From positions 1 through 33,629 of the IMG/VR virus record IMGVR_UViG_3300038974_000531: a stretch of 33,629 nt of DNA; one strand, given 5' to 3'. Each line of letters opens with the position of its first letter. Position 1 is the stretch's first letter. The notes below the pieces were generated by a model that was not told the origin of the DNA, did not search any database, and saw nothing but the letters and a program-made list of their open reading frames with translations. The translations under genes and the position numbers were made by a program. Of the stretch, positions 27,914-33,629 are shown in pieces. Source of the DNA: a virus. Taxonomy: Duplodnaviria > Caudoviricetes.

Positions 27914-28852
27914 ATGAAGCAGGTGATTGACAACCTCAACCCTCCCGGCAGGGATAAGACGAACCGGGGCCGGCTGTTCTCCCTTATCGAGCGCCTGGGC
28001 GAGATACTCGGCCAGGATGCTACGGCAACGCTGCGCAACTTCTTCCCGTTCCTGTCCGATGCAAAGGCCTTGGCCGCCCATGGGAAAGCCTTGGCCGTCC
28101 CGCGCTACTCCAACGATACGGACGAGAGCTACCGCCAGCGTGTGGCTGCAGCCTCCTTCTATCTGCAGCGGCGCGGAGAGCGGGTGTTCTTCCAGACGGC
28201 GATCGGCCAGCGCTTCACCGGCCGCGAGTATGAGATTGTCGAGGAATTCCTGCATCTGACCGTGAAGGTCTTGGACATGATGAATGCAGATCGTGCATGG
28301 CTCTGGGAATTCCTGGGCAAGGAGCTTGATCCGAACATAGCCATTACACTAGTCGACTGGTTCCGCTTTGTGGAGCACATCCCCATGGCCGAGGACCTTG
28401 CGGTCAATCTGAATGACAACGTGCTGGACTGGCTTCCCGGGGACCTGTGCCATGACGGGCAGATCAGGCACGACCACGGTATGCAGCTGCTGCATGCCGG
28501 CTCGGTGGTGGCCGACGGCGCTACCTTATATATAGGGGTGAAGGCGAAGCTGGGAACCTGGACCGGCATCCGTAACCTACCGTTCGCACAGAGCGGGGTC
28601 ATGGCCTATGGAGGGTTTGTATCCCATGCCGGATATCTGGTCTTTGCATCGCAGAAGAAGGCCGAGGGTGCGCGGTATGCCAACTCCATGGCCGATGCGA
28701 TCGGGGACCTGCTGCTGCAGCACAACGTTTCCGACCAGATCAAGCTGGCCGCCCTGCATGTGGGTGGTGTGAATTACGGCGGACAATTGTTCTATGCACC
28801 GGAGAATTCTTCCTTATTGGACGAGCTTTCGGTGCAGGTGAACCAACTATAA
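27914..28852 (+). CDS. baseplate wedge protein (P2 I/gp48-like) with C-terminal H/Y-x-G repeats
   Basis: RYSNDTDESYRQRV; repeated HDG/HAG/YGG/HVG motifs. Confidence 0.6.
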   Translation: MKQVIDNLNPPGRDKTNRGRLFSLIERLGEILGQDATATLRNFFPFLSDAKALAAHGKALAVPRYSNDTDESYRQRVAAASFYLQRRGERVFFQTAIGQRFTGREYEIVEEFLHLTVKVLDMMNADRAWLWEFLGKELDPNIAITLVDWFRFVEHIPMAEDLAVNLNDNVLDWLPGDLCHDGQIRHDHGMQLLHAGSVVADGATLYIGVKAKLGTWTGIRNLPFAQSGVMAYGGFVSHAGYLVFASQKKAEGARYANSMADAIGDLLLQHNVSDQIKLAALHVGGVNYGGQLFYAPENSSLLDELSVQVNQL

Positions 28853-28861
28853 GGAGTGTGT

Positions 28862-29302
28862 ATGAAGATTCAAGAAAGGCAGCAGGTCCGGGGAAGTTTC
28901 ATGATCCGGATTTATACGAATGGGGTGCTGACCGAGGAGTACCGGGATGACAACCTCATTGTCGATATGGCCAAGGTTGCACTCACCCGGCTTGTCGCCG
29001 GCGAAGTGACCGGCCGCAGCGTGAACAGGATCGCAGTAGGCACCCGCTCGGCCACGCCGATCGCCTCCGATGTTGCGATCACATCCCCGTTCGTGAAGAA
29101 CGTCGACTCCCATTCATACCCGGCTACCGGCCAGGTGACGTTCCATTGGAGCTTGGCTTCCACCGAAGCCAACGGGAAGGCGATCAGTGAGTTCGGCCTG
29201 CTGTGTGCAGACGGCGCCCTGTTCGCACGCAAGACCAGGACTGAACCCATCAATAAGGCGTCTGATATCACCATTGATGGTCAGTGGACTCTGATTTTCT
29301 AG
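28862..29302 (+). CDS. tail fibre attachment/collar-like protein
   Basis: NLIVD...IAVGT...EANGKAISEFGL...LFARKTR.PINK. Confidence 0.65.
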   Translation: MKIQERQQVRGSFMIRIYTNGVLTEEYRDDNLIVDMAKVALTRLVAGEVTGRSVNRIAVGTRSATPIASDVAITSPFVKNVDSHSYPATGQVTFHWSLASTEANGKAISEFGLLCADGALFARKTRTEPINKASDITIDGQWTLIF

Positions 29303-29314
29303 CAAGGAGGAGCT

Positions 29315-30232
29315 ATGGCAAATGTAGTACAGACACCCGTCTGGGAAGATGGCATCTACCAGATTGAAACAACCGATCCGGTGATGGGTGGGCCGGATGG
29401 CATCAGCAACAAGCAGGCGAAGCAGCTGGCGAATCGCACCCTGTATCTGAAGCAGCGCGCCGACGAGGTCGACGGCGCGAAAGGGGAATTCAACTCCCTG
29501 GATCAGCGGCTTGACCAGTATGACCTGTTCAGTCCGGATTCGATCAATGCACTGGCCGCAGCGGCCATGAAGGCGTTGCATTTGGGCGGAGGGGCTGCCG
29601 GCGAGATCACCAGGTTGAAGCAGGTTCTTACACAGAAGGGCGAGGTGACGATTGTCAATCGGGGCGTGGTTAAGGGATGCACGGTTACCAAGTCGGCGAG
29701 TGCCACCAGGAATCTGTCCCTAGCTACCGGGCTTTGCTTTTATGGCAGCCGCCTGGTGCCTGCAGCAGCGGCCGAGAATGTGGCGATCATCCCGTCCAAC
29801 CTTTCGGATGTGGCGGCTTCCTGCTACTGCTATCTGATCGAGGATGGTGGCGTGATGCGCATGATCTGCACGGAGATCGGGGAAGTTGTTCCGGATGTGG
29901 GCTTGCCCTTGTATCGGGTGAACATTCCGGCTAACAACACGTCGGCCAATGATCCGCAGGCTACCGCAGTCACGTTGACGGATATCCGCAGGATCGAGGC
30001 GAAGTGGCCCACCCTGTTCATCACCGCCCCGTATGCGAATATTGCGCTGCAGTATCCCTTTTTGAATGCCGACTACTCGGTGTCCCTGGATGTGATCGCC
30101 TATGAGGGCGGGGGGTTCCAGGAGGGTAAGATTTATGTGGGCGACCGTGCGGCGAACGGGTTCAAGATTTACATGAACGGCACAATCGACCAGGTCCAGG
30201 TTCGCTGGACGGTAAGCAAGAAGGAGGCCTAG
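29315..30232 (+). CDS. tail fibre protein
   Basis: N-terminus WEDGIYQIETTDPVMGGPDGISNKQAKQLANRTLYLK typical of myophage fibres. Confidence 0.75.
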   Translation: MANVVQTPVWEDGIYQIETTDPVMGGPDGISNKQAKQLANRTLYLKQRADEVDGAKGEFNSLDQRLDQYDLFSPDSINALAAAAMKALHLGGGAAGEITRLKQVLTQKGEVTIVNRGVVKGCTVTKSASATRNLSLATGLCFYGSRLVPAAAAENVAIIPSNLSDVAASCYCYLIEDGGVMRMICTEIGEVVPDVGLPLYRVNIPANNTSANDPQATAVTLTDIRRIEAKWPTLFITAPYANIALQYPFLNADYSVSLDVIAYEGGGFQEGKIYVGDRAANGFKIYMNGTIDQVQVRWTVSKKEA

Positions 30233-30233
30233 G

Positions 30234-30551
30234 GTGCTGGTGAAGAAGCTTGGAAAGGGTGACTATGCCGATTATCAACTGGATGGAACCGTGTTGACGA
30301 TTGGCGAGGACTCCATCGATGTGGCTGCAGTGCAGCGGGATGAGCAGGTAATCCACACCATCAAGGACGGTGAGGATTTTGTGGCAACTATTGAAGTGCC
30401 CCCCCGCACATACCACCAGGAGATCGATGATTCGGTGGTTCTGGAGGAAGGGGAAGAGGAACGAGAGGTTACCGTCATGGTGGCTGATCCGTTGGATATC
30501 GGCGCGGTGAGCATTACGCTTTGGCCGCTGAAGTTTGGCAAGGAGGAGTAA
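30234..30551 (+). CDS. small acidic protein between the fibre and the DGR target (possible adaptor)
   Basis: 105 aa, AAGGAGG RBS, packed operon position. Confidence 0.55.
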   Translation: MLVKKLGKGDYADYQLDGTVLTIGEDSIDVAAVQRDEQVIHTIKDGEDFVATIEVPPRTYHQEIDDSVVLEEGEEEREVTVMVADPLDIGAVSITLWPLKFGKEE

Positions 30552-30553
30552 AG

Positions 30554-31633
30554 ATGCCTACTATTTTCGTGAAGGATTCGTATCGGGCGGCTGTGGAAGC
30601 TGCATCCGGAGGACACCAGACGGTGCTCTATGATGACAAGGGTTTCCCTTCCATCATGAATGTGATCCCCAAGTTCAACATGGAGGATATGGACCCAGCC
30701 CTTGGCACCGGCGTACATCCTGCCTTCATCAAGGGCGGCGTACAGAAGTCCGAGATTTTTGTCGGTACTTATCCGTCGATCGTTGCGGATGACCGCGCGG
30801 TTTCCATGCCTATGGTCCCGGCTCTTGGCGGAAAGACATTCGACCAGGCAAGGACCTATTGCAAGAACAAGGGTCCCGGCTGGCATATGCTCACCAACCA
30901 CGAATGGGCGGCGATCGCGATCTGGTTGGCCAAGAAAGGCATCAAGCCGAATGGCAACACCAATTATGGCCGATCGCACAAGGCGCTCTATGAGACTGGT
31001 GTGCGTGAGGATGGCGCTGCCCCCGGACTGACTTCCGGAACGCCGTACACCATTCCTGGCTCCGGTCCCATTACCTGGAACCACGACCAGACGGCCAACG
31101 GGATTGTCGACCTCATCGGCAACCGGTCCACCTGGGTCGATTTGCTGAAACTGGTCGATGGCCGTGTCTACTGCCCGGCGGACAACAACTTCGATCTGGC
31201 CGAGGCTGATTGGCCGGCACAGAACGTGTTTTTCGATGTTTCTGCCGCATACAGCGACGACGGCGTGACGCAACAATATGGGTATCCGATCCTTAGCGAT
31301 GCCATCATCAACCGAACCGGAGCACCTGGTGTGATCGGCACTTATGACGATTACACGACGGTGGCCTGGGCGTCCCTGGTGAACAAGGCAGGATTTGTCA
31401 CCCCGGCGTTGATGAAGCAGTTGCTCATTGCTCCGATCGAGCCTGCAGGTGCCTCTGACTTCTCGAAGATGAGCGAAGGAACGCTCTACATTCGGAACAA
31501 TGGAGAGCGTTTGCCGCTTCGTTCTGGGCGCTACAGCTTCGGTTCCAATGCTGGGGCCGGCTACCTCGACCTGTACAACCCGCGGTCGTACCAGGTCGGC
31601 TCCATTGAGTTCCGGGTAGCTTTTTGTCTTTGA
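30554..31633 (+). CDS. DGR target protein: C-type lectin/FGE-sulfatase-like fold, probable receptor-binding protein
   Basis: HPAF, GWHMLTNHEWAAI, GIVDLIGNRSTWV, and a C-terminal RLPLRSG...IEFRVAF segment encoded by the variable repeat. Confidence 0.88.
   Translation: MPTIFVKDSYRAAVEAASGGHQTVLYDDKGFPSIMNVIPKFNMEDMDPALGTGVHPAFIKGGVQKSEIFVGTYPSIVADDRAVSMPMVPALGGKTFDQARTYCKNKGPGWHMLTNHEWAAIAIWLAKKGIKPNGNTNYGRSHKALYETGVREDGAAPGLTSGTPYTIPGSGPITWNHDQTANGIVDLIGNRSTWVDLLKLVDGRVYCPADNNFDLAEADWPAQNVFFDVSAAYSDDGVTQQYGYPILSDAIINRTGAPGVIGTYDDYTTVAWASLVNKAGFVTPALMKQLLIAPIEPAGASDFSKMSEGTLYIRNNGERLPLRSGRYSFGSNAGAGYLDLYNPRSYQVGSIEFRVAFCL
31508..31622 (+). repeat. DGR variable repeat (VR)
   Basis: 115-bp ungapped match to 32065-32179 with 12 mismatches, all opposite TR adenines. 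Confidence 0.97.
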
Positions 31634-31681
31634 TAATCTGACCTCTGATTTCTGGTAATCTGGCATATAGGGAGTTGGTAC

Positions 31682-32035
31682 ATGACCGAGGATTTGAGAA
31701 TTTTTCAGAAGTGGACTGACGCCACCGTAGAAGCCTGGGAAGTATTGAAGAAGTATCCGAAGGAGGAAAAGTTCATTCTGGCCAACATGACGCGCGAGAG
31801 CATTTTGATGATCGGAACGCTGATTGATAGGGTGAACGTTGCCAGGGGGTCCGAAGCGAAGCTTAGGCTGGTTGAGGACCTGGATACGCAGATCAGCAAG
31901 GTGAAAATGCTTTTTCACCTTGCTGTTGAGCTGAAGTACATTTCTGTGAAGACTTACGGCTTTATGACAGGAAAATTTGTTGAGATCGGCCGCCTGCTTG
32001 GTGGATGGAAAAAGACCATTGCAGGCAGCCGATAA
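31682..32035 (+). CDS. avd: DGR accessory variability determinant (Avd, four-helix bundle)
   Basis: 117 aa; KYPKEEKFILA and EIGRLLGGWKK motifs; lies between VR and TR. Confidence 0.9.
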   Translation: MTEDLRIFQKWTDATVEAWEVLKKYPKEEKFILANMTRESILMIGTLIDRVNVARGSEAKLRLVEDLDTQISKVKMLFHLAVELKYISVKTYGFMTGKFVEIGRLLGGWKKTIAGSR

Positions 32036-32039
32036 TTTT

Positions 32040-32335
32040 AGGGTTATGGCTGGTACGGATGTTCCGTTTGCCGCTTCGTTCTGGGAACTACAACAACGGT
32101 TCCAATGCTGGGGCCGGCTACCTCAACCTGAACAACCCGCGGTCGAACCAGAACGGCAACATTGAGTTCCGGGTAGCTTCATCCCCGTCTACTGGAAGCC
32201 GATGCCTTACGGGGCTTCGGACATAGTGTAGGGGAAAAAGGAGCTATAATCCTTCCCGCAAGGGAAAAGATAAACCAGACTTGGGCGACAAGTAGCTAAC
32301 GCCAAAGGCCGCAGCAAAAGCCGCCCAAGTTCTTT
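32040..32335 (+). ncRNA. putative structured DGR template RNA (TR plus flanks/spacer)
   Basis: Long-range helix 32041-32051/32242-32252, GCAA-tetraloop hairpin 32253-32266, 9-bp inverted repeat 32279-32287/32322-32330. Confidence 0.6.
32065..32179 (+). repeat. DGR template repeat (TR)
   Basis: AAC-rich copy of the VR (9 AAC + 1 AAT in the target frame) between avd and RT. Confidence 0.97.
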
Positions 32336-32344
32336 TTGAGAGCC

Positions 32345-33547
32345 ATGTCAAAACGAATAGGAAATTTATGGGAACCGATTTGTGAGTTTGAGAACCTGTA
32401 CAACGGGTATCTGAACACCAGGAAGAGACGCCGGTATCATAAGTCGATTCTCCGGTATACGGCCAATCTTGAGGAGAACCTGTATGATCTGCATGACCAA
32501 TTCGTTAACCTCACCTGGCATCCGAGCATGTCGGTGGTCAAGACGGTATTTTGGCCAAAGTGCCGGATCATCACCGCGCCGGTGGTGGCCGACCGTGTCG
32601 CATTCCATTCCATCGTCGATGTGATCGAGCCGTATTTTGAGAAGAAATTCCTGTTCCATTCATATGCCTGCAGGTGCAAGAAAGGCACCCACAAGGCCGT
32701 GAAGGCCGTCCAGCATCATGTGTACGGTCTGCAGCGCTGGGAGGGTGGAGGATACGTTCTGAAGGCCGATATACAGAACTACTTCGGAACCATCGACCAC
32801 CAGAAGCTGAAGAAGATCATCCGCAAGACACTCAAGGATAAGCGGCTGCTATCTGTCCTGGACTCCGTCATCGATGAGGTGGTCATTTCTCCGGAGATAC
32901 TCAAGCGGATATTGAGCAAAGCCTTGAAAGATCGCGAGGCTGTGCGCTGCTTTGATGTCATCATCGATGCCGGCAATCTGAACGAGCGGATGCTGCAGCG
33001 CATGATCCGCAAGTACATCACCAGAAGGCCCATGCTGAACTTCCTGGACAGGATCATCTTTGCTGTATGCCACCCGGAGGTAGGATTACCCCTGGGCGCT
33101 CTTACAAGCCAGCTCTTCGCTAATGTGTACCTGGACCAACTGGATCACTATGTGAAGGAGGTGCTGCAGGTGAAGCATTATTTCCGCTATATGGATGACT
33201 TCATCATCCTGTCCACATCGAAGGCGTACCTGCGTGATATCCTGGGAAAGATTGATGCCTACCTGCAGGAGGAATTGGCCCTCAAGCTCAACCCGAAGAC
33301 CTCGATATTCCCGCTGCATAAGTTCATAGATTTCTGCGGGTACCGGATACGGGCCGACAGATTGACGCCCCGGAAGAGGAACGTGGTAACGGCCAGACAC
33401 CGACTGAAAAAGCTCAATAACGAGGTCCTGGATGGCGCTATACCGTTCTCAAAGTTCCGGGCTAGTCTTATGTCGTTCCTGGGATATGTGAAGCACTGTA
33501 AGGCCTCTACAACCGTCCAGCACATGCTGGAGGAATTGAAAATGTGA
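32345..33547 (+). CDS. DGR reverse transcriptase
   Basis: SYACRCKKGTHKA, LKADIQNYF (motif A), GLPLGALTSQLFANVYL (motif B), RYMDDF (motif C), IDFCGY. Confidence 0.96.
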   Translation: MSKRIGNLWEPICEFENLYNGYLNTRKRRRYHKSILRYTANLEENLYDLHDQFVNLTWHPSMSVVKTVFWPKCRIITAPVVADRVAFHSIVDVIEPYFEKKFLFHSYACRCKKGTHKAVKAVQHHVYGLQRWEGGGYVLKADIQNYFGTIDHQKLKKIIRKTLKDKRLLSVLDSVIDEVVISPEILKRILSKALKDREAVRCFDVIIDAGNLNERMLQRMIRKYITRRPMLNFLDRIIFAVCHPEVGLPLGALTSQLFANVYLDQLDHYVKEVLQVKHYFRYMDDFIILSTSKAYLRDILGKIDAYLQEELALKLNPKTSIFPLHKFIDFCGYRIRADRLTPRKRNVVTARHRLKKLNNEVLDGAIPFSKFRASLMSFLGYVKHCKASTTVQHMLEELKM

Positions 33548-33564
33548 ACGAACTGTTTTACACA

Positions 33565-33627
33565 GTGAAAGATTTTTTAGGGGAGAAATATCTCACGCAG
33601 AGGGCGCGAATTTCGCACGCGGCTACA
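33565..33627. repeat. candidate Mu-type right end with transposase-binding repeats
   Basis: AAATATCTCACGC (33586-33598) and GAATTTCGCACGC (33608-33620) 22 bp apart, a similar inverted copy at about 33565-33576, terminal ...CTACA. Confidence 0.5.
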
Positions 33628-33629
33628 CG

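Larger units (their letters stand above)
30554..33547 (+). mobile_element. diversity-generating retroelement cassette (target-VR, avd, TR, RT)
   Basis: All components present in the same order as in Bordetella phage BPP-1 (mtd-avd-TR-brt). Confidence 0.96.
1..33627 (+). mobile_element. Mu-like transposable prophage (contractile tail); left part extends beyond the window
   Basis: DDE transposase next to an AAA ATPase, DUF3164/GemA/Mor-like genes, Mu-type terminase/portal/MuF/protease/capsid, sheath and baseplate J; no tyrosine or serine integrase seen; candidate right end ...CTACA at 33627. Confidence 0.93.

Noticed and set aside
1-31500. Additional VR copies (second DGR target)
   Set aside because: No other TR-like segment found by eye at the 3' ends of fibre or other genes; a BLASTN of the TR against the whole genome is needed to exclude remote targets
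31508-32179. CRISPR array or simple duplication
   Set aside because: Only two copies, no spacers, and a strictly adenine-biased mismatch pattern
32005-32226. 73-aa ORF resembling the target C-terminus (possible second target or paralogue)
   Set aside because: It is the TR read in the target frame; TRs are stop-free in that frame, and it overlaps avd without a convincing RBS
32345-33547. RT as a group II intron, retron or Abi RT
   Set aside because: The adjacent avd, the TR/VR pair with adenine-only mismatches and the lack of maturase or endonuclease domains identify a DGR RT
29315-33629. Gin-type invertible fibre segment or mom/DNA modification gene expected at a Mu right end
   Set aside because: No serine invertase, inverted fibre cassette or methylase ORF is visible
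1-33629. Host assignment (e.g. a spirochaete) and tRNA/rRNA genes
   Set aside because: No host genes are in the window, so taxonomy cannot be supported beyond a probable diderm host; no tRNA or rRNA-like sequence was recognised

Overview
The window is most of a Mu-like (transposable) prophage with a contractile tail. Every well-supported gene is on the + strand except a central repressor. Order: end of a lysis cassette (overlapping spanin-like pair); Mu gp25/26-like genes, small and large terminase, portal and a long MuF protein with an extra HExxH domain; a terminator; an AT-rich switch (double-HTH repressor, three operator-like sites, Ner/Cro-like gene); small early genes, DDE transposase, AAA ATPase, DUF3164, GemA and Mor; then protease/scaffold, major capsid, head completion, sheath, tube, chaperone, tape measure, baseplate and fibre genes. 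The window ends in a complete diversity-generating retroelement (DGR): a C-type-lectin-like target gene with a 115-bp variable repeat (31508-31622), avd, a 115-bp template repeat (32065-32179) and a reverse transcriptase. TR and VR differ at 12 positions, all of them TR adenines. The most unusual details are an exact 31-aa triplication inside the RT between motifs A and B, TCTG repeats instead of an obvious hairpin after the VR, a long-range helix enclosing the TR, the early module splitting the head gene cluster, and a probable Mu-type right end at the edge of the window. Family names come from recognising motifs and synteny by eye; no searches were run.
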